Below, piece after piece: positions 1 to 13,076 of a DNA stretch of 64,000 nucleotides. The position numbers and the translations under genes were made by a program. Positions within the stretch are counted from its first letter, which is position 1. Every line of letters starts with the position of its first letter. A model generated the notes under the pieces. It was not told where the DNA came from. It did not search any database and saw only the letters and a list, made by a program, of their open reading frames with translations. The stretch covers positions 15,438,001 through 15,502,000 of the forward strand of contig NC_135263.1 of NCBI RefSeq assembly GCF_964204865.1, read 5' to 3'. This DNA is from Styela clava. Taxonomy: Eukaryota.

Positions 1-729
1 ACTAATTATTTGCAACCATCCGAATAGAATTAATCAACGATTGAATAAAAATGGTTTATGAGAATAATTGATGTGACAAATGTTTGCACGAATGACCAAT
101 TATGAAACATGACTCACCTTCAACAAAAATGATAACAATAAAATACATGAAACAGTTACCACGGATTTGAACACTCGTCTATTAATTAAGACATGATAAG
201 GTATTTTAGTTAACAATAATTCAATGAAAACTTTCGATGAAAATAGAAACTGGTTATACGAAATAGGAGAATATATAGGTTGTGACGGTATGGAACGTTT
301 GGTTATTTATCTTCTATTCGGTGAAATCTATTTCATTGCAAAGAGATGCATGAAAACGAGCAGAGACACCAAGTTCGTGGAGTTTGTTGTAGAATTTGAT
401 GACACTATTGAGAGATGGCTTTGGTTGCTTGAAGGAATTCCAGAGGAGCCATTCTCCTGTGAATGAGCCATAAATATGTGTAAAAGGTACCAAGTTAGAA
501 AGCTTACTCTGATAAGATAAAAATAAAGTGATGTCTCTGATGTTCACAGCAAACCTATATCAATCAAATATGTAGCAGGGGAGATATTCGATCTGTGATT
601 ATTTTAACTTATAGTAAGCGACACTTGTTTTTGACAGATAGAAGAATTGTGCGAACTATAAATATGTATAAAAGCAAGCCAAATACTGGCAAAACAATAG
701 CGATAGGTATTTGAATATATTCAAATAAT

Positions 730-839
730 GGACCTCCTGAAGTATGCGCATCAAGATGGCGCACAACCTGAACTCAGATTGTGTACCATGTTGGGGTTCA
801 GGTTGTGCGACATCATGGTGCGCATACTTCAGGAGTACC
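730..839. mobile_element. 110-bp foldback MITE with about 45-bp imperfect TIRs
   Basis: ggacctcctgaagtatgcgcatcaagatggcgcacaacctgaac / gttcaggttgtgcgacatcatggtgcgcatacttcaggagtacc; the same TIR recurs at 25326-25371; no clear TSD. Confidence 0.75.
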
Positions 840-3800
840 AGTGAATATTCCTATAATAATATAAGCTCCAGGATTTGCAAGTAAACTGGCGGTGTGTTAG
901 AGGAAACCCCGCAAAGAACCACTGAGCTTTTCATATAATGGCTTGCTTATTGGGTAGTATAATTTTCCATATTAAGATGAATTTTAATTTGAGCTCAATG
1001 AAAATGTTACTCATAAACAAGAGAGCTATGCTCAAATATAAGAACATGTTGCGCCATCTAGTGGCAATAATTCTAATGACGTCATAGCAAATACGTAATA
1101 GCCTTCTGGTGGAAAATTTTATCTTTAACCACTGAAAATTTCAAAGCAATTGGTCCAGTAATCAAAGATAAAAGCGATTTCTTCAAAACGTGGCAAAGAA
1201 CAACATAACAACAAAACGATTGCTATGTCCACTACGTGTCCAATAAAATTATAGTTTACTCACCTTCTGCGGTACATAGCATTACTCCAAAGTAATTGGA
1301 ATAATCGGTTATAAATACGTACTCGTTTTGGATCAAGTTTTCCTCATCTAAATAGGAACAATATTAAACATTAGCCTATAGTGCAGGAAAATTGAAATAA
1401 TATCTATTTTTATTTTGAAATATAGTGGTTATCGTCATTACTATATAAATTGTTAAAAGTATAGGATATTCAGCATAAGAATAAAACATTTTTTGTCGAG
1501 CAATGTGCGCTTATTTATCGATAGTAAATATTTTATTTTATGACTGGAATTCAGCAGAAATTAATGTGGATGACATCATTAAAATCACCTAAATAGACTT
1601 TTCTGCAACAAACTTATACAATGAATCTCTGGCTGAAATCAAATATTTAATTCCGTTTTTTAAAGTGTGACGAACATTATTTGATCTACTGCTAGATTTT
1701 GTATTTTATTGCTCGGGACACTGCTGGCGCTGTAGCACTGTTAATCTGTCTTTTGGTATTCAGTTAGGATAGGCTACCAGTTGCAGCTATGGTTGCTTTA
1801 GGCTTTATATGTAGACTGACGGCATGCTACAAAAGAGATGGTCCCATATAAATGTGTTCAATTTTATTTATTTCCCCACTCATCAAAAATCACTTTTCAT
1901 AACAGAATGAGAAATTTTAGGTATTTTTTTTTATTTAAATACGCTTTTCAAAATGATGTATTATTACGACGCTTTCTCGTGCCATTTGCTTCAAACAGTG
2001 ATTTCCCCACACCCCCCTATAGGGGGTGAACACCCTCTATCAAATTTCAAACACCACACCCCTAATTTTTATTTTCATTTTCAGGCAACATGATGTTGAA
2101 AAAACGTAAGAAGTTATGTTTCACTGCAAATGCCGCAAAATTGCATAAAAAAATGTTTGTTACGCATATGTATAAACACATACCTATTTTACGCGCTTCG
2201 GCATTAAATTTTCCGTCTAACTTGTACTCGTGTGCGGCTTTTATAAATGGTTCTGTAATATAATAGTACTACAGTTAGTTTTACGCTAGAAATAAATATA
2301 AATTAGTTTTATGTTTCAAGCTAAGATCAAGAGTATAGAAGACTGTTCTAAAGAGCTACTGTAGACTATAGTACAACAAACTATATATATTGTAAAAATA
2401 TAATAATGTATACGTCATACCGTCTTCAGGACTTCGGTGGTAAACTCCTAGTCTGTGGCGTATAACGTGACCGATAAAATCAGTTTTGTGCGACCTAAAA
2501 AATATATATCACTTGATTTGAGGATGTAAAAGTTTGTACTACAAATTATTTCAAATTGTCTAGTATCATTGGACGTGATTGGGTTGAGTTTTGTCGACTT
2601 TTTCGACACGAAGGATACATATAAACCGTTTTGTTATGATAATGTTGTTTTTGTTCTTGCTGGTAGTCTTCTTCTTCTTGTTACAAAAATGATCGGTTTT
2701 CTCGTACACTACTGGACCTTTGAGTCAAAATTGTCAGTGGTTGAGGATTGTATATTTCACCAGAAGTCTATTACTAATATATTTCAAAAGTTTCTATGCT
2801 CTATGCTATGGGATTCGTTTTTTTGGGTGCGATGACGTCATCAAGTGAGAATTGCGCTTCTTGCGGCGGTTCCGATTTCGCGTAAGCTGAAGCTCAAATC
2901 TCAACTGAAAGTAAAATAGATTTACAAAGACCAAAGATTTTAAACGTCGGAGAGAGTATCGCAAAATCAACAATCTTTATTGTTGAATGGGACATAATCG
3001 GTCAAAAGTCATGTCGATCACCATATGTCTATCAAGATACCGAGATATGAGCTTCCACGACCACCGAGTGCAAATAAGTGTGGCGCTTCACGAGCTAGGT
3101 TAAGCTGTTGAGGACGATGAAAGTTATGATATATATGTACGGAAATGGATACAAGTAACCTACCCAGCACCAAATTCCTCCATATGAGCACTAAATCCCG
3201 CTGAAGTTATTGTAAAATTGTTCGTTCGAGCACATGTCACGGCTGCCGAAACGGCGTCGTTAGTTTGAACTCCGAGGTACCAAACTGTGTCTTCTAGCTG
3301 TAAGTAAAATTTGAAATAAGTTGGACTTTTTGTTATCTTGGGTCAAAGATTTATTTATATCCATAAATATTTATTCTACTTATGAATAATACGTACCTCG
3401 ATTGCATAATAGTTCATCGATGAATTGATAACATTTTAAATATAGAAATAAGGTAAAAGAAGGATATACTCTTCCGTTTGAGAATTGAAATAATGGTAAA
3501 TCTATACCTTTGAAATATCAAGATCTTCTTGTGGTATGGGAAGCGCGCATTTCTCCGCAAATGCCAAAAAAACTGATCCACACAGAAACACAGCCAACGT
3601 TAAGCAATTAAAACCCATTATTAGTGATGAATCTATTTCAAATTAGCAATCCACTACTGCTAAAATTAAAAATCAAATTTTAGTAAAGTTAAGTAAACTT
3701 GAGGAATAGTTGATAAGAAATGACAACGATGTGATAGCCTGGTACGGTTCAAGTCTTATTAAAATTCGATAACTCAAGTTTTGGGTTTTTGGGGTTTACT

Positions 3801-4899
3801 TCCTGATTTATCTCTTCTTATTCATTCCCATAAATGACGATAAAAGTTCTGCACCGCCTTCCTTTTAATCGGGTCCGCCCCGGTTATGTAACAGTTGCAT
3901 ATTGTTGTAACATATTGACTTACAATGATGCAATTAAATAAATTACGTGATGGTAACATTGTTCTTGATCTCAAACTAAGACTGACAAATGATATTTTAA
4001 ATAAATCGCAGCCAAGTTCGGATATTCTGATGGGGTTTCGCCTGAGAATGAAAAATATTTCGAAAACCACACTTTCACCACGATGATTCCAAAGCACTAC
4101 TTTACAAGCATAGAATCCACAATCAAATGCAGTGAAGACGGAATGAAAATGGCATTTCCTAGGCGGTTCTACTTTTGATTGATTCCACCGTAATCTTTGA
4201 CGTGTTTTACATAAACACGCTTGGATGGATTTGATTGACAGTGTAAACAAAATTTTTGTTTCTGAGGAATCGATTTATTACAGAACTTTTTTTAGAACTT
4301 TTGTCTAAAGAATATGCAAAACAAGCGTCTTCGAAAATCCTTGGCCCAAAGAAGAGATACGTAAACCAATGATATAGGAAGAGCTTCATCATACGTGAGT
4401 GGGTATAATATATTATAAGATATAGCTGCAAGGAAAATCACTGTATCCACAGCGAAGCCATCAGTCCAAACTTGAACCCAAACTCAGTCTCATTCTATAT
4501 TTTATTTAGAATTGCGCATCTGGATGTGGTTGTGAAGTTAATGTAATTAAATATTTTACAGTTTATAATGATTTAAAAAATATATTTTTATTTAATACTC
4601 AAGCGCGAAAATGACCATCGATAGTTTGATTGCAGTGTAATTAAGACACCTCGTTGAAACAAAACTGATAGTGTTTGTAAATATATCTGTAGTTATTACA
4701 ATTGTTGTAGATAAGGCAGGTCATGATGATGAAAGGTGTTGATGGAACATATGAACCATAAACGTTGTTGTTAAAAAACTTTTCACAATACCTTTGTATT
4801 GATCTAAGGGGTTCCTGGTCTTTTGATTTGATGTATCGGGCTATAAATTATGTATTAAGATTTCTATGAGCAATGTTTTGAGCGGTACCGTACCGCTAG

Positions 4900-6130
4900 C
4901 CTACTGTGACAGATTGCATACACGTATTATTTTGTTTTGACTTTCGCGTCCAAATATTTGAGCATTGCTCAAATTGGAGAATGGAGCAGGGTTTAATTTG
5001 ACAGCTGGGGACGTCTAAAGGTCACAAAAAGGAAGGAAAACTGGTTCCAAGTTGATACGTTGTGAAGATTTGGCTTGAATGCGACCGTAAAATACTTTTT
5101 GGACCTGGAAAACCCCCGTGCGGGCCGGTATAGACGGGATGAAGTGTTCCCTTTGAAGATTTGGCACGAATGTGTACGTGTGTTGCATTACTGAGTTCTT
5201 TAGAGATATGAACTTGGTTAGGAGGCTGCTCTCAAGTTGCTCTGCCCAAAGCTGGCATTTGAATTGTTTTCCACGATCTGTGACGATATTTTTTGTTGTC
5301 CCAAAACGTGATTGGCAACATTTTACGCGGAGATATCAGACAAAGGGATGCATTCTTATCAACGTGAGAAATGGTCTACGCACATCCGAATGTAGTTGTA
5401 GTCTCTGCTTAAACCAAATGGACCTAATATATCAACGTTGAACAGTGTTAAAGCATTAATTCTATTCAAATGTATGTGAGATTCGTGTGTGTGGGTTCGG
5501 TGGGATTTTTTATGGATTTAACAAGAAAATAGTTATCTATTACTATCTGAATATTCCTGCATTTCAGTTTTGTGCTAAAATGACGTATCACAGCGTAATC
5601 AGCTAAGAGCTCACGATCAACACGAAATAGTTACTTTGTGCTAAATTGAGTGATTTTGAAACGAATCCTAGAGGCGACCATTCGCCGCCAACTCATTCCT
5701 GAAGAACGGCTGCCAGTGCCAATCGGCTGGAGTCGATTACTAAAGAGCGTCGATTACTAAAGAGCGTTGCAGAATTAATTGGATGTACGTATTTACAAGT
5801 CCGCATTTTCGAAGGATTAGGAAAAGTTTTTTCCGTGCTTGGCGATGTTGTCCATCAGTTTTGGTTGCAATTAATATATCGTCTAAGAATAGGAATCTAA
5901 ATTTCAAACCTGAAGTTACTGCCAACAGAAAACGAGAAAATGATGAGAAACAGTCATTCCACAGACCAAATGGTAGGATTATTGGTCCAAACAATCCCTC
6001 AGGACAGACGAAAGCAGCCTTATTTATATCAAGGTGGGCAAAGGTATTTGGTGATATGCTTTCGAAAGGTCACATTTGCTAAAATATAGTATTTCATTTG
6101 CGCATGTGTGTAATCGGTTATCTGTCTTAA
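4900..6130 (-). mobile_element. Decayed Ty3/gypsy pol remnant (RT, RNase H, integrase); boundaries approximate
   Basis: Minus-strand motifs ILPFGL.N..FLDDILIA (RT), SKSLNLAQSNY..RELLA (RNase H) and RFGTTKNIVTDRGKQF (integrase), in gypsy order. Confidence 0.8.
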
Positions 6131-8258
6131 ATACAAAATGTCGTGAATTAAGACGAATCATCTTTTTTTCTGCAACTTTACCGCAAGGTGGAGTATTCAT
6201 GTTATGCTCAGTATACCGCGAAAAACTCGTTCTAACTTAGACCTTTAGTCAGTCTGCTGTGTGCTGCTATGCTGTTACGTTACCCCTAGTTAACTCATCT
6301 GTACTTAACGGTGCCCGGAGTCTCTTTTTTGTAACGGATTTGTTTTTTCGGACATTATTGTTTTTATTTATATATATTGTTTGACTTCTTTCTATTCAAT
6401 CTGTATCAAAGTTAGGTTTTTATCAGGGGTGTCGCTGCCCGATGTTCGCATCAAGACTATTTTTATTTTGGTGAATTGCCTCCTAGGCATATTGGGCTGC
6501 AATATTTGATTTGACCCTAGGTTTGATATTTAAGGCGTTTAGACAAGACTTGCACTCAAGTGCAATATACCTGTGAAGAACTGTTTTATGTCAATAGGTT
6601 TTCACTCTAAATAAAAAATTGTGATTAATATGTCTAAAATGCATGAGTTTTGTTGTGACAAATTTGCGAATTGTATGGTGATGTACCATGTCTGGTCCTC
6701 GAAGTCCTCGCTAACACCCATAGCAATCGCTAAGTAGCTCATAGATGTGTTATCGTTGTTCTGTATTTTGTATATATAGATTTTTGAGTTGTCTCTTTGT
6801 TGCCCCAGTTTACGGTTTGGTATTTTAACGTCACAGACAAAAAAAAATGTAGGTCTAACTCAAGCAAAAGTTATGAGACCTCTCCATGGAACCAGATGTA
6901 CATTCTGATCATTTTTTGTGTATATCAATCAACCAAGCAAAACACGCAAATACATCATAACTTCTATATCGTTGAATGATGACATTGTTCAGTTCTGAAT
7001 TGCTTTGAAAAAAATCTTTCAAATCATCATATTATAACGAAGTAATGAAATTCTGCCAACTAGGTTTTGTTAAGTTCCAAAAATTAAAAACAATACGAGT
7101 TGTTGTTCGGATGAAAAATCTCCAAACGCGGCCTTTTCCTGGGCGTCATTCAGTCTGTATTGTAAACCTATAGAAAGCATTAACGAAACGCACGACTGCC
7201 GAAATGGAGCGAAATCTACTGAACCTGAAAAATCTGAAGGAGCGAGGACCTATTAATAACTCGATAGCAAATCATTATTTGGAAATGCATTTTTTTGTAA
7301 TGTAATTGAGGCTGCAAAAATTTTCGCCTTCGTCATTCGTTGCAGGCAATGAGAGGGTGAATCGAAATCAGCTAAACCTGGAAAATCTGAAGGAGCAAGA
7401 ACCTATCAATAACTTCACAGGAAACCACTATTTTTAAAACTGCAAAAATTCTCGCGTTTGTCTTACGTTACGGGCAATGAGGAGGTGGGTGCATCGCAAA
7501 TTACCTAAAGTCAATTTTGAAACTTTATTTATATAGTTAAGGATGGTTTTTAAAGTTGAGGTAAATTGTGTAATGTCGAATAATGAACAATTGTGATTGC
7601 CCATATAATATTAATATCACTACACTATAGCCTACTATATATATATATATGTTATTTGCTTAAATGTCAGGCACTAGTTTGGGATATAAATATTCAAAGC
7701 TTATCAATACGCAGATGGTGAAATTTAAAAAAGCCTAATGTAAAATATTTCGACCAAGTGTTGTTTTTTGAAATTCGCTGCTGACTAGAACTCACGCTGA
7801 TAAAAGAGTTTTTTGAGATGTCGTCGCAATTTTATGAGTTATGCTTTCGCATCCAAAAACTGGGGAGTTGGTTTGTATCTAACAGTTTCAAATAATGAGC
7901 ATAAATCATGTGAATTTGCGCTAATTATGCAATAAAATAATAAAATAATACAATAATACAATAATTAAATATTGCAAAATATTCAAATTTTTTCTATATA
8001 TATATTCTCATATGTACATACTTCGAATCACCGAGCACATTACTAAAAATCTCAGATTAAACAAAACAGAAAAATAAGACAGAAAAGTTTTATATATTGT
8101 GTATTCATGTTGAGTGCAGTTTTATATTTCTGAAAAAGTTGACTTCCATTACAGCAATATTGGATAATAAAAAGATTGATTTGTTGTTTTATTTCTTTTT
8201 AAATTATTTTTATATTCATAAGTCTATATAAAATAGAATCATTAGATAGCTCTGCATC

Positions 8259-10284
8259 ATGTTAACGATAAAAACGCTGGGTCTGCTTTTACTAGTTAGC
8301 TGGTCAAATGCATTTGATGATACTCCAGCTTGTGCACAGATTGAAAATTTATTTCAAACACTTTGTGCCCGAGACGGGACACATACATCAATCGGAATGG
8401 AAACATCTCAGGGTTCTCCGGGGAAGAGAGGACCAGTTGGAGAAAAAGGTGAAATAGGTCGGCCTGGACCCGTCGGGCCTCCGGCTATTGTGGATTACGA
8501 ACGCATCGAAACTGAGATAGAAGAGAAGGTTGCGCCAGGTAAGATGATTTTTCAGCTGGCGGTACAACTGATATACTGAAAATCACGAAAGACACTGTTC
8601 CTATTCCTACGGTCGAATATAAAAAGACTCGACCCTTTGAAAATCCGTATTGCTTAACTTGTTATTATTTTAAAAACTGAACTCATAAAAATACCGTTTG
8701 ATTTTCGACATTATACACATCTGCAACAGATCCACTTTATGAAATAATTTAGCACAATTATATAACACTTGAAGCAATTTTAATTTTTTCTAGTAAGCTG
8801 TTGACTTCATGTTGTTCAAAAATATTTACACCCTTTTTAGTTATCAGTCAATCAGCTGCGAACAACACCGCCCTCATCTTGGCGATAGCGAAATTGGAAG
8901 AACGAATAAATATTCTAGAAAGCAGAGAAGGTATTCAGAAAAATACAACAGCAATCTTTAAACCGGTATATGGCTGCGTCCATGTAGACTTCGGCCAATA
9001 AAAAAAGTCCAAACGAAAATTCATCTCCTGCATAATATTTGTAGTAATAAACATCGATTCTTTGGTACTCCAGTAGTGTGTGTACCAGGTTTGGGTTAGG
9101 CATAATTTTATTCCGATTTGCCTTATTTTAGTTCTATTACGACTGTATGTGTTAGCCGAGTGAATATACCTCCTGCCCATATGTTTCAGTGCGTTTACAC
9201 AACTTGATGTAACGTAGGCGAACAAAATTAGTTACCTCCATATTGGTACACATACTTCTTGGGGGCCGATTTTTTTACATAAGCTTATTCCCGCTTCTTC
9301 CTCGCCGACAGTATATAATTCAACAGTTAATTACCTCGTGTATTTTCCTATATTATTCAGGTGCGTGTGAGATAAAGTTCGACGGTAAATGCTACTGGGT
9401 AGAGAGTCTCGATCATTTTGTGACAGGCTATGAAAGATGGGTCGCAATATGTGCGGAACGGAATGGCTCACCAGCGAATATTTATTCGGAAAAACATTAC
9501 AATGTCATCATGCGATACCTTCGAGCGAAAATATTTGCAAAGAGGGATCTGATTGCCCTATGGGTGGGAATGCGAACAAACCCAGATGTAAATAAATTTA
9601 TACCTTTTCTTCAATTCAAATTGGTAAAAATGTTTTAACAAAGCCCGCATTCCTAACAAATTTTAACGTTTCTTGGCATATGTTTATTGAAAATAAAGTG
9701 ATTGTTTTGTAATTTTGAATTCTTGTTGTTACCGTATGAAAAAAGTCGCCATGCGTGACGGCTGTCTTTCGTTTTGCTTTTTACGAACTGGTACTATGCG
9801 AAAGTCGGAGGTTATTTGATACCGGTACCCACTGTAGACTAGGTACTGAGACTGCTTCGTTTTAAACTTCGTGTCATTATATATATAAACATCCTCTCTT
9901 GTTGTTCCCTGTTAGAGATATATTAAACGAGCGTTTGGAGAATACCAATTTTATAATTTGTAATTACATTCGTCCAAGATGCCACACGTATACTAAATCA
10001 AAATCTTTTGTATTTTCCCTCGTCGCTAATTCTATGTTATGAAACGAAAATAAGCTTGACTTTGTTGCAAGAAACACTGTTGTTTTTCTTTGCAGACTCT
10101 AATCGTTACACTTTCCGACGGAAGTCTAGCTCCATTTATGAAATGGGCTCCTGGATATCCCTCTAAAGATCCTGCTTATACGCACATGACAATTGCTCAA
10201 CGAGCTCCATCAAGTTCTGCCAGCATTGGTATTCACAACTATCCACCAACGTCCAGCAGAGAAGGCGTATTATGTGAATTATAG
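8259..10284 (+). CDS. Collectin-like secreted protein, copy 1 (exons 8259-8538, 8841-8930, 9361-9587, 10096-10284; 261 aa)
   Basis: Signal peptide MLTIKTLGLLLLVSWSNA; collagen GSPGKRGPVGEKGEIGRPGPVGPP; heptad neck (LILAIAKLEERINILE); CTLD motifs CEIKFDGKCY, ICAERNG, LWVGM, LSDGS, KWAPGYP, GVLCEL*. GT-AG junctions join in frame (280+90+227+189 nt) and are identical in all paralogues. Confidence 0.9.
9064..9267. mobile_element. Merlin-like MITE in intron 2 of copy 1 (also 17303-17506 and 56850-57061)
   Basis: GG..CC termini (ggtactcc...); 8-bp TSD gattcttt (exact in copy 7); copy 3 shows the empty site; internal ggttagg motif. The superfamily assignment is inferred from termini and TSD length. 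Confidence 0.75.
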
Positions 10285-11694
10285 AGCAATAGCAATGCTT
10301 CGGATAATTTTCTTGACATGGAAATACTTTGTATTTTCACCTAAATCTAGGAGGCACCACTTTGAAATGTTATATATATATGAAATATATCCAAATGTAT
10401 AAAGGTAACAAAGTCTATTTTTAACGGTGTAGAAAACCATCTCACAACAAATAATTCTGTATCACACACCAGAACGCGAGTTTAGAATCTTATTGTGTAC
10501 ACCGAATCAATTGACGCTATATTGGAAATATTGAAGTTTGGGTCGACGAGACGTGAGTTGCGCAAGTCAACCACAAGATCATGCTCTGACAAAAAATCAG
10601 CTGTGATCAGTCTCTGACAATAACGAGTAGACTGCGTGGTTGTGTAACATTTTCTTTAATTAAAACGGCAATGATAAAATTAAAATGCGATGAAACAGTA
10701 ACTGACTTAATTTAAAGTTGGATTGAGGCAGAAGGTTACTTGTTGCGATTGAGGTGCGTGTGGTCGCAGAGTTGAAAGTAGAGTGCCAAAAATTTGAAAC
10801 CAAAAATATCAGAACGTGGCGAGTGAGTCATGTGACTAATCAACGGCTAATGCGACCCTGACCTAGATGTTGCTATAAGTTTTTTGTTAATTTTGCAACC
10901 GTAAAAGCGGATTCCGCACTTCTGATTTAATCAGTGGATATGCGCAAATACTGCCAACGCGCGAGAATTACAATGTCTTTGAGCCTGAGTGAAATATTTG
11001 AGATTGCTGTACGTCCGTGGGTAACATGACGTCCAATAGTTTCCTAATTTTGCAAAATCGTTGCTCAAAAACTAAATGTCGTGAATTAAGATGACTCACC
11101 TTTTTTTTCTTTTTTCTGCAACTTTACCCTAAGGCGAGTATTCATGTTATGTTCAATGTTTGCTCAATATATACTCGATATGCTCACTATAATCAAATCT
11201 TCACTCAGTCTGCTGTGTGCTACTATGCTGTTACGTTGCCCGTGGTCACCTCACTCTTTTTTGTAACGGATTTGTTTTACGGACAATAATCTTTTTAATT
11301 ATATTTATTATTTGACTTGTTTCTATTCTACCTGTATCAAAGTTAGACTTTTATCACGGGTGTTGCTGCCCGATGTTGGCATCAAGTATATTTTCATTAT
11401 GGTGAATTGCCTCCTAGGCATATTGGACTGCAATATTTGACCGTATGTTTGATATTTTTAATTTTGACAAGACGTGCACATCGAGTGCAATATACATGTA
11501 AAAACTTGTTCTATGTCAATATGTCTTCACCGTAAATGAAAAATTGTGATTTTATGTCTAAAATGCATCAGTTTTGTTATGAAAAATTCAAAAATTGTAT
11601 GCAGGTGTGCCATGTCTGGTCATCGAAACTTTGCTAACGCCCATAGCAATCGCTAAGTAGCGTAGATGTTCATCGTTGTTCTGTATTTTGTATA

Positions 11695-12189
11695 CCGTAT
11701 ATGCTCGTTTTTCCGCCCGATCTTGATTAAGGGCCCGTTTGAATAGCCGCCCGATGTAAAAGCTGATTTTTCAGTGGTAGAGAACAATAGAAAATAAGAA
11801 GTGGTCACAACGCTGTTGAATTTTAAGCGCCGGTAGATAACACTCACGCCTTAGGCGTCCAAGTACATAACAGATAGCATTTATTACGTAACACCATGGT
11901 TCTCAAACTAGGCGTCGCGACGCCCAAGTGCGTTGTTTCAATATTGATAGGGCGTCGCAAAACTTTTCTTCTTTTGCGGATTTGTACCTGCGGTGCGTAG
12001 AAAAAGTAAAAATTTTCGTTATTCTCGTTTAAATCATACTTGAGAACTGGAAATAACAATATATTAATTATTGTAACGATCGAAAATAACAAGCGCCCGT
12101 GCTTGAATAAGGGCCGGTTTGAATAAGGGCCCGGTTAGTGAGTTGGTTGAAAAAATATGGGCCCGGGCTATAAAACGAGCAAATACGGG
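11695..12189. mobile_element. Tc1/mariner-pogo-like MITE (second copy 19934-20428)
   Basis: TA-flanked TIR ccgtatatgctcgtttt...aaaacgagcaaatacgg inserted into a tatata site that is empty in paralogous modules; carries a nested hAT-like end (tggttctcaaact, about 11896). Confidence 0.8.
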
Positions 12190-12737
12190 TACATAGATTT
12201 TTGAGTTGTCTTTTTGTTGCCCAAGTTTACAGTTTGGTATTTTAACGTCACAGACATAATAAAAAATGTAGGCCTAACTCAAGCATGAGACCTCTCCAGA
12301 AAACCAGACGTACATTCTGATCATTTTTTTTTTAATTTTCAGTGATCAAAGATTGTTGTTGTCGCTTAAAAGGCTATCACTGATATTCCATCCAAAATTT
12401 CATTGTAATATTTTTCTTTCGTGAGAACACGCTTTTTAATCCGCCAAGCGTAATGACTGTCTTCCGTTTTGTTTTTACGAACTGTTACTATGCAAAGGCC
12501 GGAGGGTTAGATACAGGTACCCACTGTAGACTAGGTATCCAGGTGTGGTAAACTATAGACTACTTCGTTTTAGACTTCGTGCCATTATATATTTGAACAT
12601 CGTTCTCTTGTTGTTCTCTGTTAGAGATATATTAAACGAACGTTTGAAGAATACCAATTACATAATTTGCGATTACATTGTAAGAATGTCCAGGATGCCA
12701 CACGTATACTAAGAAACAATGTTGTTTTTCTTTGCAG

Positions 12738-13076
12738 ACTCCAATCGTTACACTTTCCGACGGAAGTCTAGCTCTATTTATGAAATGGGCTCCTGGATAT
12801 CCCTCTAAAGATCCTGCTTATACGCACATGACAATTGCTCAGCGAGCTCCATCAAGTTCTGCCAGCATTGGTATTCACAACTTCCCACCAACGTATACCC
12901 GAGATGGCGTATTATGTGAATTAAAAAGCAATCACAATGTAACAAAGTCTAATTTCAATAGTGTAGATAACCAGCTCACAACAATCAAATTTGGGTTCAC
13001 ACACCAGAACGCTTGTTTGGAGTCTTATTGTTTTGCACCAAATGGACCTCGCCACATCACATCAAAGTTTACATAA
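12738..13076 (+). other. Orphan duplicate of exon 4 (CTLD C-terminal half) with intact acceptor and lost stop; alternative last exon or pseudo-exon
   Basis: tttgcag|ACT acceptor preceded by a copy of intron 3; encodes TPIVTLSDGS...HNFPPTYTRDGVLCEL plus a 50-aa extension. Confidence 0.75.

Noticed and set aside
224-547. Overlapping short ORFs at the window start
   Set aside because: No recognisable motif or exon structure.
8539-8579. Exon 1 read-through ORFs of 103-138 aa as complete single-exon genes
   Set aside because: All copies share a GT donor after nt 280, and the read-through tails vary in length with intronic indels.
10730-11040. Possible gypsy gag remnant on the minus strand, repeated in several units
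   Set aside because: Only faint resemblance; no LTR or PBS could be identified.
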